This document shows positions 48,722 through 58,701 of a stretch of 64,000 nucleotides of DNA, one piece after another. Both the position numbers and the translations under genes were made by a program. The notes under the pieces are model-generated. The model ran no database searches. It was not told the DNA's origin and worked only from the letters and a program-made list of their open reading frames with translations. Position 1 is the first letter of the stretch. The number at the start of each line of letters is the position of its first letter. Origin of the DNA: an uncultured virus (IMG/VR IMGVR_UViG_3300025679_000006) (taxonomy: Duplodnaviria > Heunggongvirae > Uroviricota > Caudoviricetes); IMG/VR virus record IMGVR_UViG_3300025679_000006; one strand, 5' to 3'.

Positions 48722-49815
48722 TACCACCCCCCTTTTATTGTGTCGCAGATGTAGTGAACGTCTTCTTCGCTCACGTGCATCCCGATGGGAATGGACAGGT
48801 AACTGTTCTCTATCTCATTCATCACCGGCAAATCAGCACGCTTGCCTCCGAATATTTTGTACAGATCGTTTCTTGCTTGGACAATGTGGCAATCAATGTC
48901 CGCCTCAAAAAGCATCTTGGCGAAGTCGTCGCGTTTCTCAACTAAAACTGTTGCGAGCCACATAACATTACCTTGACCTTCTCTTGCGATTAATCTAATC
49001 CCACCGACGTTGTGTAGCAGTCTACGGTAAAGATTAAACAACTTGTACCGATGATCCATGGCCACGTCATAGTGATCAAGCCCAACAAGACCCATAACGG
49101 CATTGACATCGTTCATATGTTTCTTAGACCCTAGAATCTCAATGTCGTATGTCATCTTTCGCTCTTTATAGTTCATGGGATTGTTCGGCATTTTCTTGTT
49201 GCGATCGATCCCGAACCATCGGAGCAATTTTGCTTTATGGGCATCCTCTTCACTTCCACACACCAGCATCCCGCCGTCAACTGTGGTTAAATGCTTGATT
49301 GCCTGGAAAGAACAGCATGTGAAGTCACCGTTGAAGATCCCTAGTGCTTGCGCTGCGTCCGAGATGACCGGAACAGGAACCGGCACGTCGCCATCTGACG
49401 TGTGAATCATCCCCACATCGGCCTTGACGCCCCCGAGGTGCACCTGCACCACAGCCCGTGTCCTCTCAGTGATTTTTGCTCGAACATCGATAGGGTCAAT
49501 ACAGAGGGTATTCCTGAGAACATCCGCCCAGACAATCTTGACTCCCAGCTTTAATAACGGCAAGTTAGTGGCCGTGCACGTGAGCGGGGTGGTGATCACC
49601 TCATCACCCGGCTTTAAACCCGCGAGCTCATACGCAAGCTCAAGTGCGGCCGTGCCGGAATTGACGCTAGTAGCGTTTGTCAACCCGAACCCTTTGGCAA
49701 ACTTCCTCTCGAACTCATCGACCTTAGGACCTTGTGTGATATTCTTTTCACCCAGAATATCGTACACGGCTTCACGGACGTCTTTTGGTACATACGGACT
49801 AAATAAATTAATCAC
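48721..49815 (-). CDS. DegT/DnrJ/EryC1/StrS PLP-dependent sugar aminotransferase
   Basis: NSGTAAL, PGDEVI, DAAQALG, SFQAIKHLTTVDGG. Confidence 0.93.
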   Translation of the reverse strand: MINLFSPYVPKDVREAVYDILGEKNITQGPKVDEFERKFAKGFGLTNATSVNSGTAALELAYELAGLKPGDEVITTPLTCTATNLPLLKLGVKIVWADVLRNTLCIDPIDVRAKITERTRAVVQVHLGGVKADVGMIHTSDGDVPVPVPVISDAAQALGIFNGDFTCCSFQAIKHLTTVDGGMLVCGSEEDAHKAKLLRWFGIDRNKKMPNNPMNYKERKMTYDIEILGSKKHMNDVNAVMGLVGLDHYDVAMDHRYKLFNLYRRLLHNVGGIRLIAREGQGNVMWLATVLVEKRDDFAKMLFEADIDCHIVQARNDLYKIFGGKRADLPVMNEIENSYLSIPIGMHVSEEDVHYICDTIKGGW

Positions 49816-49840
49816 GTCTCTGCCTCCATTTTGATGCTGG

Positions 49841-50704
49841 TTATGTTTTAACTATCACGCCACCGATGACTTGATAGGGTTGCAAATTATTATGTGGCTG
49901 TCCACCGCCGGTACCGCCATCAGTGGTACCCGTGTTAGGACCATCCCTTGGGGCAGAAGTACCTTCCCCAGAGAACCCGTTGACGAAGTTAATGGCCGCC
50001 GTGAAATTATGGGTATGTTGAGGCAACTCGCCGACCGTCAAGGTATGATACTTCTCACCGCCGAACTGACCGGGCGCCAAGAACTCTGTAGTACCATCCG
50101 CACCGATCAACACCTTGCCCTTGCCATTAGGAAGATTAAAGGTCGTTGTTCCATCCCCTGGACCATACGAAGTTCCAATGACGCCGAACAGAGCTGAATA
50201 AGTAGTCCTGCTAACAGCCGATCCATCACCAAGAATATATCCGGTCGGAACGTTACTTGACAGACCGCCCCACGGAAGTATTGCACCCGTCGGCACACCA
50301 CCGGCCTGACCACCAATACCGACTGCCCAACTTGTAGGCGAAGTAGTTGGATTGTTCCCTGCGTTATTATCGACCAAAGAATTATAAACAATCCCACTGA
50401 CCTTTGCGATACCGCCCACAAAGTAAGTCGTACTGGGATCCCACTCGCATATACCTTCCTGAAAGATATACGCCAACTGACGGAAAGCCAAAAGGAACAA
50501 GCTGTTCATGTCCTCAAGCGGTGGGTCATAATTACCGATGATCGAAGCTCCCCATCCGTTTAAAAAAGCTGCGAGGGATTGTATCGCCACCGGATCCTGA
50601 GAGAATGTTTGGGGCGGGTTAGCCTTTGATCCGAAGATCCCAAAATCCCCTGACGGACCAGCTGACCCGAATTGCTTTTGAAATACCCTGACTATTTTTG
50701 CCAT
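49841..50704 (-). CDS. Tail fibre protein with collar domain
   Basis: PTGAIL...GYILGDGSAVSRTTYSALF...GDGTTTFNLP; HNNLQPY. Confidence 0.88.
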   Translation of the reverse strand: MAKIVRVFQKQFGSAGPSGDFGIFGSKANPPQTFSQDPVAIQSLAAFLNGWGASIIGNYDPPLEDMNSLFLLAFRQLAYIFQEGICEWDPSTTYFVGGIAKVSGIVYNSLVDNNAGNNPTTSPTSWAVGIGGQAGGVPTGAILPWGGLSSNVPTGYILGDGSAVSRTTYSALFGVIGTSYGPGDGTTTFNLPNGKGKVLIGADGTTEFLAPGQFGGEKYHTLTVGELPQHTHNFTAAINFVNGFSGEGTSAPRDGPNTGTTDGGTGGGQPHNNLQPYQVIGGVIVKT

Positions 50705-50716
50705 AAAATCTCCTTA

Positions 50717-51460
50717 TTAAGTGGCGCTACTGCTTGAGCTAGAGCTAGAGCTTCTACAAGAACTGCTACTGCAACTGCTCGAAGAAGACCTAGATGAGCA
50801 TGAGCTCGAACTGCTCGACCGGCAACTCGAACTGGATGAACAGCTGGACGAAGAAAGTGAATCAACAGTTATGCTAAGACCAACACCCATCGGCTTTGGC
50901 AGGATCCCGAGAAACTCAGCGATCTCCAATATCCGACGATACGCATTGTCAGCGTGGTATACGACGGTCATGTTCTTATTATCGAGAATCGTAATGTTAG
51001 TCCCGAACGCCGCAAAGAAAGCATTAGCCAGATCAGCTAAACTCGTAAAGGTGTTGTTTTGGATTATCTTGATTTGGATGCACGCATTCATCTCGAAGTC
51101 TGTCATCCGCAATGTCGAATTAGAAAGGTACCTAAGCCACACGCTCTGCGGATAAATGGTACTGAGATATCGCCCGAACCCCGGCCTTGGTGCAGGGTCG
51201 TTGTATCGAACAAAAGAAAAGAAGGTGTGCTGTAAGTCAAGACCATACACTAATCGGTTCACTCCAACTATCCGCCCGAGGATATCCAACTGTGGCCCAA
51301 TAGCCACATCGAGATCAAAGCACCGCGCCAACTCAACTGGAAGCCCATCACACAAAGCCTGATTTGCCATGAGCCCAATCGTCTGCTGTGCCTTAGGTTT
51401 TATCCTATACTGGATGATCAGCAGTTTTTGGTAGTAAGATAGAATCGACGTTATATCCAT
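50717..51460 (-). CDS. Baseplate protein (DUF2612-like) with poly-Ser C-terminal tag
   Basis: LIIQY...FDLD.A.G.QLDILGRIVGV.R, LPKPMGV; ends CRSSSSSSSSSAT. Confidence 0.85.
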   Translation of the reverse strand: MDITSILSYYQKLLIIQYRIKPKAQQTIGLMANQALCDGLPVELARCFDLDVAIGPQLDILGRIVGVNRLVYGLDLQHTFFSFVRYNDPAPRPGFGRYLSTIYPQSVWLRYLSNSTLRMTDFEMNACIQIKIIQNNTFTSLADLANAFFAAFGTNITILDNKNMTVVYHADNAYRRILEIAEFLGILPKPMGVGLSITVDSLSSSSCSSSSSCRSSSSSSCSSRSSSSSCSSSSCRSSSSSSSSSAT

Positions 51461-51469
51461 ATTCCCTCT

Positions 51470-52648
51470 TTAGAAAATAGTTATGTTACCGGGCGCTAAA
51501 AGGAACTTGTTCGTCTTAACCGTCGGCGTCACAGAATCGAACCATGTAAAGTTATCCGTCGACACCTGACATGCCGAAACGAGCAAGGTCGGGTCGATGG
51601 TGTGTATCAATGATATGACCGTCGTGGTATCTGCTGTCTCAAAAATTGAAAATATGTAATCAGATACAAGACTGTTGATGATTAAATTGTTGTCTATCGT
51701 TCCGCCAATAAGCGAAGTCAAATGAAACTTGATGTAGAGATTTTGTAAAACGACACGATCAAAAGCAACCGTGAACGTGGATCCATCCGGAAGGGTGATC
51801 GGGCTAGTCGTCGCCCCAAACATGCCACAACCCATACTGCGGTAATTATAAATCATTCGAGCCACATCGACCGTACCACCGCCATCAACGATGACCCAGA
51901 TCGAATGGCCGGGCACGCCATCGCCATTGACACTACCCGATATGTTCTCATAGACCACAGCCTGATTCATCCCCGTGACAGTGAGCAATCCACCGATCAG
52001 CCCATTTAATTCACCCTGAGCCGGTAACCCGACAGAACTCTGTCTGCGTTGACGAAACTGTGCGTCCGTCTCCTGATCAACGCCCGTCTGATAAGCTGCC
52101 AAAGGATTGTTGACGCTGTTGACACCCAGGAAAACTGTCACCGGAATATTTAATGTATTGGCAAGGCACTGAACAGCGCCGATATTAACTGACTGAAAAT
52201 TTAAGGTATTGTTTCCCTTTATCAAAGAAGCGCTCACGATTAACTGATACTGGTTACCCGTAGCGTCCTGTATGGTGTACGGCGATGACGTATCCTGACC
52301 GGGCAAATTAATCGCCTGATTAGTGTTGATCAACACAGCAACCTGTGTATAAGTACCGCCCTGCCGTGTGATCCCGCAAAGCTGACTGACCGCATCGAGA
52401 TCGATCCCCACAGCCTGATCAGGATCCTTGGAGTTATAAATCTGAACAAGCAACTCCAAAACATTCTGTTTGGCTAACGCAAAAATATTAATCCACTGGC
52501 CATCCGGACTGTTTTGATTGACGTTAACATCAGCTCCGTAGATCTGCAGAAGCCCCGGAACAGTCGGCGTCCCATTGACCAAGTCATTCCAGATATCCGA
52601 AAAGCTCTGTATCTGGATTCCATTTCCATCTATCTGATTGACAGCCAT
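51470..52648 (-). CDS. Baseplate J-like protein
   Basis: SPDGQ, A.G..LD, G.D.ETDAQFR.R, YEN, PGHSIW.IV.GG. Confidence 0.9.
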   Translation of the reverse strand: MAVNQIDGNGIQIQSFSDIWNDLVNGTPTVPGLLQIYGADVNVNQNSPDGQWINIFALAKQNVLELLVQIYNSKDPDQAVGIDLDAVSQLCGITRQGGTYTQVAVLINTNQAINLPGQDTSSPYTIQDATGNQYQLIVSASLIKGNNTLNFQSVNIGAVQCLANTLNIPVTVFLGVNSVNNPLAAYQTGVDQETDAQFRQRRQSSVGLPAQGELNGLIGGLLTVTGMNQAVVYENISGSVNGDGVPGHSIWVIVDGGGTVDVARMIYNYRSMGCGMFGATTSPITLPDGSTFTVAFDRVVLQNLYIKFHLTSLIGGTIDNNLIINSLVSDYIFSIFETADTTTVISLIHTIDPTLLVSACQVSTDNFTWFDSVTPTVKTNKFLLAPGNITIF

Positions 52649-52998
52649 TAAATCACCTCCACGATCTGCGTTTGATTTTTTGAGAAAATCGTATTGATAT
52701 CATACGTTATCGTTAAATGCCGATTGATGACATTCGCATTTATTGAATTAACTTTGGTAACCCCATAGGACTGAAGAATAGTCCCACGCACGGTAAGTTG
52801 AATTTGTTGCTGTGTCGACTTAGTGCCAAGAATCGTCAACCAGTCAATACCAGCGCTCGGCGCGAACCAGCAATCCTTTAAAAATGAAAGGATACGAGTC
52901 TTAACGTCGAGAGCGATAGCATTGTCCTGTATCGCATAAGACTGTTTTCCAAAACCAAAATTCCAATCGCCTATACCGTCGAGTGATCTGAATATCAT
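52648..52998 (-). CDS. Baseplate wedge subunit
   Basis: R.LD..GDW.FG, WF...GIDW pattern; position. Confidence 0.75.
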   Translation of the reverse strand: MIFRSLDGIGDWNFGFGKQSYAIQDNAIALDVKTRILSFLKDCWFAPSAGIDWLTILGTKSTQQQIQLTVRGTILQSYGVTKVNSINANVINRHLTITYDINTIFSKNQTQIVEVI

Positions 52999-54017
52999 AT
53001 TTTTATTATCCAGTTAACCATTAATCCCGGTTGTACGTTGTTATGAGGAACATCGCCACCCGCAGGATATGTCGTCCCTGTCTGTGGATCCCTTGGTGAA
53101 GTCGTGCTGTTACCACTGAACCCCTTGACATAATCCCAGCTCGGGAAAGGGTGCGTGTGACTTGGCATTTCCAGTATGCTTAACTGATGCGCCTCTTCGC
53201 CGACCTTCCCACCAAGCACATCACGAAGAGGTGTATAAACCGGCGTGAGAGGACCACCGTCCACACCGCCGATATTATTCAATCCAACTGGTACCCGACC
53301 GCGCATGTCCGGCAAATTAAAAAATAAACCGGATCCGCCATAAACATATCCAATGGCCGCAAAGAGTGCGGGGTACGATGTTATAAGAACAGACTGACCA
53401 TAACACCAAAGCCAACCTGATGGAAGAGTAATACCAAAATAAGGTTGACCGAACCCAGACTGAGGAAGCCTCTGCCCGGTGGAATCGATGATCGAAGCAA
53501 ACAAGCTAGTGAACTTGGCAATCGTTTGTCCAATAGCGGTCACGATGCCATCAATGGCGTAATTCAATATCGGAGTAGCCACAGAGTTCAATCCTACCAA
53601 AGCCACCGCATCACTCAAATCATGCAGCCGTTCAGAATTAGGCGGGCTCGATGTGCTCCCCTGCTCCAACCACAAATCAATATCCCGATCACAGAACATC
53701 AACAAGCATGTGTCACCAGCGAAAATAGGATAAGTGGTGTACCCTCCGCCCCCGCCCAACACGATCACAGGGACCCGGACCAATACCGGATAGTCAATGA
53801 TCACGTCCGTATACGTGTTCTCGCTGGTAGCGTTCCTTTGTTTAAGAGTCTTCTTATAATTAAAAGCCACGGTGCACGTGGCCGTTATTGGGTCGAAAGT
53901 AATGATCGTCCCGATGGCATGGCAATTCAATTCCCGCTTCACTTCGTTCTTAATCATGTTAAGCAGGTATCGAAGATCGCTTTGGTTTAGCTGTAATATA
54001 GAAGGTGTCGTACTCAT
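52995..54017 (-). CDS. Gp138-like baseplate spike N-domain fused to a tail-collar domain
   Basis: VPV...GGG...P...GD.CL..F.DRDID.W, R.HDLSDA; then GWLWCYG...YPALFAAIG...FNLPDMRGR. Confidence 0.85.
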   Translation of the reverse strand: MSTTPSILQLNQSDLRYLLNMIKNEVKRELNCHAIGTIITFDPITATCTVAFNYKKTLKQRNATSENTYTDVIIDYPVLVRVPVIVLGGGGGYTTYPIFAGDTCLLMFCDRDIDLWLEQGSTSSPPNSERLHDLSDAVALVGLNSVATPILNYAIDGIVTAIGQTIAKFTSLFASIIDSTGQRLPQSGFGQPYFGITLPSGWLWCYGQSVLITSYPALFAAIGYVYGGSGLFFNLPDMRGRVPVGLNNIGGVDGGPLTPVYTPLRDVLGGKVGEEAHQLSILEMPSHTHPFPSWDYVKGFSGNSTTSPRDPQTGTTYPAGGDVPHNNVQPGLMVNWIIKI

Positions 54018-55330
54018 GTGGCTGCCGGTAATCCTATCTGTGGTATTAATTGAGCATTTTTCTGAAAGCTAAACAACGACACGTTACTCTGACACTTGCC
54101 ACCAATCGCATCCGAGATCGTTCCAAAATGATTAACCCCAACAATTTTATAAACCCCGTTGTACAAAGTCTCCGTGGCCGTAACAAGACTAATCTGCTGA
54201 CCAACAGCCAAGGTGGGCTCGAACAGCATCTCCACGATGACCCACGTCTGCGACCGCTTGGGTGCGCCCAGCAACCCCGTGTCCGAGTTAATCGTCCCGA
54301 CAGCACCAGTGAACGCATCCTCATCGGACATGATATTGAGAAGACCGTTATCTATAAAACAAGAGCTTTGCGTTTCATCAGTTAATATCGGCCATGAGTA
54401 ATCGTTGATAGAACGATTGTATTGAACCTCGTTGTACTTATGGATATACCCCGGAGTGACCGTCTGACCGGCCGGACAAGAGTTGACAACGTCCTTGACC
54501 AACTGATTAATGACATCCTGTTTATTTACCTGACCATTCCAAGTTTTATTAGTGAACGCATTGACCATCGCAAATCCATAATCAAACGCCTCAATCTCGG
54601 TGATGAAATTGTTCTGACCCTGCATACGGTAAGACGTGCACCACTTAATGTTGCCGTCAAAGATAATAGGTAAAGGATTAGCGTAACCGGCCCTAAGCGT
54701 CACACGCCTCATGGTAAATTTATTTGTCTGATCCTTAAACAGCTGGTTCCGTGTCGTCTCCGCCAAGTTATAAATCTGAAAAGAGCCCGTGTTAGCCGTT
54801 GCCAATGCCGCCCTTTTGATATTGAAAGTCAATGTGAAGGGGTTTTTAATAACAACAGCCTTCGCTGGATCCCCAGTATTAATAAAAGAAGTAAACGACG
54901 TCAACGGTGACGGTATCTGCGGGATATAATTTGTTAAACTATTGATTTGATTGAGGGCATTGTTCTTAAAATTATTTACAAAAGAGATAGGAATTATAGT
55001 CGAACCCTCGATGCTGGTAAGCAATCCCGCGACCTGACCGCTGATCTGGCTCTCTAAATTACTGATCAGTGCGGCCGGGATCCCCAAAGTGCTCTGCAAG
55101 CTCTTAACTAAACTAATGAGCGAAGTCATCTGACTTTGAATGCCGGTGAGGATCCCACTTAATGCGCCAAGGTTTAAACCAGATATGGTCTGTATCTTGT
55201 TAAGCAACGTCGACACCTGTGTCGCCTGTGTCTTGAGTGAATCGACAAAGGTATTACCCGACGAGAAAGTCTGGATATAACTCGCCGGATAAATAGTCAA
55301 CTCATACTGTCGCCCGAACTTAACGGCCAT
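54014..55330 (-). CDS. Baseplate hub protein with N-terminal insertion
   Basis: FGRQYEL, IYNL, L.AGY...IF.G.I, TGLLG.P motifs. Confidence 0.8.
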   Translation of the reverse strand: MAVKFGRQYELTIYPASYIQTFSSGNTFVDSLKTQATQVSTLLNKIQTISGLNLGALSGILTGIQSQMTSLISLVKSLQSTLGIPAALISNLESQISGQVAGLLTSIEGSTIIPISFVNNFKNNALNQINSLTNYIPQIPSPLTSFTSFINTGDPAKAVVIKNPFTLTFNIKRAALATANTGSFQIYNLAETTRNQLFKDQTNKFTMRRVTLRAGYANPLPIIFDGNIKWCTSYRMQGQNNFITEIEAFDYGFAMVNAFTNKTWNGQVNKQDVINQLVKDVVNSCPAGQTVTPGYIHKYNEVQYNRSINDYSWPILTDETQSSCFIDNGLLNIMSDEDAFTGAVGTINSDTGLLGAPKRSQTWVIVEMLFEPTLAVGQQISLVTATETLYNGVYKIVGVNHFGTISDAIGGKCQSNVSLFSFQKNAQLIPQIGLPAAT

Positions 55331-55332
55331 GT

Positions 55333-55668
55333 TTACCCCAAAGTAGTTTCAACCAATGCCACGTCGCTTGGACTCAACGTGTAAAGGGTCGCCCTGCCAT
55401 TTTGAAAATCGTTTATAAACACCGGCTCGTACAGATCCTTCATCAGACATGCCAAGCCAAAAGGAATAAGATTCCTGATCGCCCGTAGCATATTGGTCGA
55501 ATTGACCATGCGTTTATTGTTGACCGAATACGCACCATAGGTAAAGCTGTAAAACCACCCCGACTGATTATACGAATACCGCAAAGAAAGATTAAGGTTC
55601 TGCCCACTCTCCAATTTAAGGATCATCGTCTGCAGAGGACTGTTTGTAATGATATCGACCTGTATCAT
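55333..55668 (-). CDS. Baseplate plug-like protein
   Basis: Size, position and P.Q...L.L.Y...W pattern. Confidence 0.65.
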   Translation of the reverse strand: MIQVDIITNSPLQTMILKLESGQNLNLSLRYSYNQSGWFYSFTYGAYSVNNKRMVNSTNMLRAIRNLIPFGLACLMKDLYEPVFINDFQNGRATLYTLSPSDVALVETTLG

Positions 55669-56504
55669 ATATTTGCTCCATTAAATTGAACGGGTATCAA
55701 AGTAGATGCAGCGCTTACCAATGTTGTAGACGGTACCGCCAGCCCGCTTGTTATCCCACTATTATCCGGCGTTTCTTGAAGCGTTTGTAAAGGCTGTCCC
55801 ACGAGCGTGCTTAAGTCAGCGCCAGTGGACGTGAGCGAAAGGGTGTTGGCGAACCTGATCGCTTTAAAGGTGACGGTGAAATCGCTTATGATCCTTGTTT
55901 GCTCGTCCTGCTTGACCCTAACATTCTCGATGGCCATGTTCTGCAGGATCCCCCAAGGCGTCTCCACTTCGCACAGTTGGCGAGAGAGCCATAGGTTATA
56001 AAAATACTGAAAGGCGTTCTGCTGTTTATTTGCTGTCGTACTCACGCCCGAGAAAAGGCTGTAAATATTTTGAGCCTGATTAACGACCGCCGCAACGCTG
56101 GACGTCACGGCCGCAATGCTGTTATAAACCTGTGTCGCCTGAATCGAAAACTTAGGGGCAAGGCCCAGGACCGTGCCGAAGCTCTGTGCTTCGGTTAAAA
56201 TATTAAGAAAGAAATTGCTAAAATTATTAGACAACTCCCCGACATACCCCGAGAGCATGAACTTCTCCGGTCGCAACGCAATGTGATCCTGAATGGCCGA
56301 ATTGTTCTCCGTGTAGTGATCAGTGATATCAGAATCCAATGAGAACTCTTCTGTCCCAATGAGATCGAATATAAAACCTGATACGCCGATCAAAGAAGGG
56401 TTATCCGTCGGCCTAACTATAAACTGGCTAGTGACATTGCTAACCAATGCCGGTAGTGTACTGACGTTGCTTTGAACATTAGTGCTTATCGGGGAATCAG
56501 CCAT
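55665..56504 (-). CDS. Tail tube initiator / Dit-like baseplate protein
   Basis: ITDHYTE...IQDH...P; V.TPW...NMAI. Confidence 0.75.
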   Translation of the reverse strand: MADSPISTNVQSNVSTLPALVSNVTSQFIVRPTDNPSLIGVSGFIFDLIGTEEFSLDSDITDHYTENNSAIQDHIALRPEKFMLSGYVGELSNNFSNFFLNILTEAQSFGTVLGLAPKFSIQATQVYNSIAAVTSSVAAVVNQAQNIYSLFSGVSTTANKQQNAFQYFYNLWLSRQLCEVETPWGILQNMAIENVRVKQDEQTRIISDFTVTFKAIRFANTLSLTSTGADLSTLVGQPLQTLQETPDNSGITSGLAVPSTTLVSAASTLIPVQFNGANI

Positions 56505-57523
56505 TATACACTTCCTATCGGACTGCTGTTGACCACATCGTTGTAGTCTTTGTCCAGTTGTTCCTTAGTGGTCGTAACCTTCGTATGAGGATCGCTCGTT
56601 TGAATCGTATTTTTAACGCTCACATGAACCTTGGCTGAATTGGGATTAAAATAAGGATCCTGCCCATGCATGCTTTTTTCCGGTAAATATGGGGAAGGTA
56701 AATTAGCGTCAGAGAAAAGTGCTTTAAGGTCTTTCCAATCCTCGGCAAGAAGCTTCCCAGGATGAGCGATCCCATCCATCATGGCCGCAATGAGCCCTAA
56801 CTCCTTCTTGAATAAATCAGACTTTAATAAATTCTGATCTAAACTAATGCCGATCTCCTCGAATCCTTTGAAGACGGGCTCCAATGCCACACCAATCTGC
56901 GCCCACGTCACAGCCAAGTCATGCCCGAGCCGGGCATTGATCGCATGGTACCTAGCCATCTCCGCCAAACTAGCTGCGCTCAAAGCCTCATTGTCTTTCT
57001 CTTTAGCCAACTCCTCATTAGACATCGCCCAGATATTAAGCATCTCGGTACTCATGCCCAACTGCTCCGTGAACCACCGCTGTTGATCAACGCTCATCCC
57101 GTGCAAGCGATCATGGAGCATTTTTAATAAAGCAAACTTATCTGTAACGTGCGTGGGATCCAACCCTAACATCGCCCAAACATTTGAGCCCTCTCCGGTA
57201 AACTTCATCCTAAAGACTTCATCCTGCAACGTACCAATGGATGCCGCTATCGTCCCGGCAGATACACCCGCCTGATCGGCCATAGCGTTCCACTTTTGAA
57301 TCTCCTGCGTTGACTGGCCGGTCTGCAAGCCGAAATTATTGATCCCCAGAGCCATATCATCGGCCAGACCAACAAGCTTCTTGGCGCCCTCGTACACCGC
57401 ACCAAAGCCCGTGGCCGCAATGATGCTCGACATGTTAAGCTCAGTGACAGCCTTGCCGAAGTCCTTGAGCTTCATCGTGTCGGCCTTAAATCCAAGTTCG
57501 AATAACAGTTCGCCTATTTTCAT
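56504..57523 (-). CDS. Tape measure protein (short)
   Basis: IGELLFELGF N-terminus, helical Ala-rich body, follows chaperone. Confidence 0.7.
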   Translation of the reverse strand: MKIGELLFELGFKADTMKLKDFGKAVTELNMSSIIAATGFGAVYEGAKKLVGLADDMALGINNFGLQTGQSTQEIQKWNAMADQAGVSAGTIAASIGTLQDEVFRMKFTGEGSNVWAMLGLDPTHVTDKFALLKMLHDRLHGMSVDQQRWFTEQLGMSTEMLNIWAMSNEELAKEKDNEALSAASLAEMARYHAINARLGHDLAVTWAQIGVALEPVFKGFEEIGISLDQNLLKSDLFKKELGLIAAMMDGIAHPGKLLAEDWKDLKALFSDANLPSPYLPEKSMHGQDPYFNPNSAKVHVSVKNTIQTSDPHTKVTTTKEQLDKDYNDVVNSSPIGSV

Positions 57524-57771
57524 TTGGTTTCCTTGTTCATGAAGAAAAACTCCTCTTCATAGTCTATAAGGAATTTCTCGTACTCTAACATCACGATCAC
57601 ATGCATCGAATCCTGATTTAATATCGACTCCGGTGATCCGTACCCACACTTGCTAAGCTTGGTCGCTATGATCAAAGCCTCGTAATCTTCGTCTACTTGG
57701 ACGTCTGGTCTTCTACTTTTTTTAGTAGGCGAATGTTTGGAAATAGTGATTCGAGGCTTTTGCGAAAAGGG
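57520..57771 (-). CDS. -1 frameshift extension of the tail assembly chaperone
   Basis: -1 frame open from C CCT TTT (57771-57765) to a TGA overlapping the tape-measure ATG. Confidence 0.7.
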   Translation of the reverse strand, partial: PFSQKPRITISKHSPTKKSRRPDVQVDEDYEALIIATKLSKCGYGSPESILNQDSMHVIVMLEYEKFLIDYEEEFFFMNKETK

Positions 57772-58136
57772 GTTAGGTTGTAAACCATCACCTCCTTGAA
57801 GATCTCCAAAAAATCCTCGGCTACTGTTTCGTCATTAAACAAATTAGGCTCAACCTTTTTATTGTTATAAAGCACTCGCCCGCCCATGCACTCCCAGATT
57901 GAATCCTCGATATCCTGTGAAGACATCAAGGTGAGTATCCCGTTCTTAGCCGTGTTAATGGCATCGTCGGTCAGCTCGAGATTAAACACCTCGCCAATCG
58001 AATGGCCTTCTTTAAGGCCAAGCTTCAAATTAACGTCTTTTAATTCTTTGAGAATGGTCTTAAAAAGTTTGTGACCAGTTACGAAAGGCGACCTAGTTAT
58101 ATCGAGGGTCGCACCACTCTTCAGTGTCATTTTCAT
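57693..58136 (-). CDS. Tail assembly chaperone
   Basis: Between tube and tape measure; slippery heptamers near the 3' end. Confidence 0.75.
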   Translation of the reverse strand: MKMTLKSGATLDITRSPFVTGHKLFKTILKELKDVNLKLGLKEGHSIGEVFNLELTDDAINTAKNGILTLMSSQDIEDSIWECMGGRVLYNNKKVEPNLFNDETVAEDFLEIFKEVMVYNLTPFRKSLESLFPNIRLLKKVEDQTSK

Positions 58137-58224
58137 CGTGCCACCCCGATCAAATTGGAAACATCATTGGACTTACTCATTGCGTTGTCCTCCGTTTTTT
58201 TATGCAGTTGTTAAGATTCCCTCC

Positions 58225-58677
58225 CTAGCCGATAGACCTCGGGGCATTGGAGAAGTGTAAATTCCAAATTGCGATTGCCTGTTCCGTATCACCTTCGGTA
58301 TTCTCTTTAGCGTTGATGTTCCTTTTGAAAGCACCGCCAGAGAGAGTGTAGATATCCTGCTTGATCCCACCATTACCATCGCCGATGTTCTTAATGAACT
58401 CGCCGGTTAGCAAAGCAAAGGCCGCAGGGTTTTGCTGGAACAAGGACAGAAGGTTAGTCAAGAACATATCGTCTGCCCCGCCCCTCAATAACCGCAAGGT
58501 AAACGTGCACTGCCGTCCTTGGTTATCGAAACCATAGATCGAATTGCCGTCCTTACCCGTTTTGATCTTGACCAAGTCGTTTGGGAAATCCAACACAGCG
58601 GTATCCCCATCGCCAAAATCGACAAGGGTGCGACCGTTGATCTGTATTGTATCGTCGCCTGTTAAACTGATAATCAT
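58225..58677 (-). CDS. Tail tube protein
   Basis: Follows sheath; G.DG...T.RLL; 150 aa. Confidence 0.75.
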   Translation of the reverse strand: MIISLTGDDTIQINGRTLVDFGDGDTAVLDFPNDLVKIKTGKDGNSIYGFDNQGRQCTFTLRLLRGGADDMFLTNLLSLFQQNPAAFALLTGEFIKNIGDGNGGIKQDIYTLSGGAFKRNINAKENTEGDTEQAIAIWNLHFSNAPRSIG

Positions 58678-58701
58678 GCTATCCTCCTTTTAAAATCCAC
58701 G

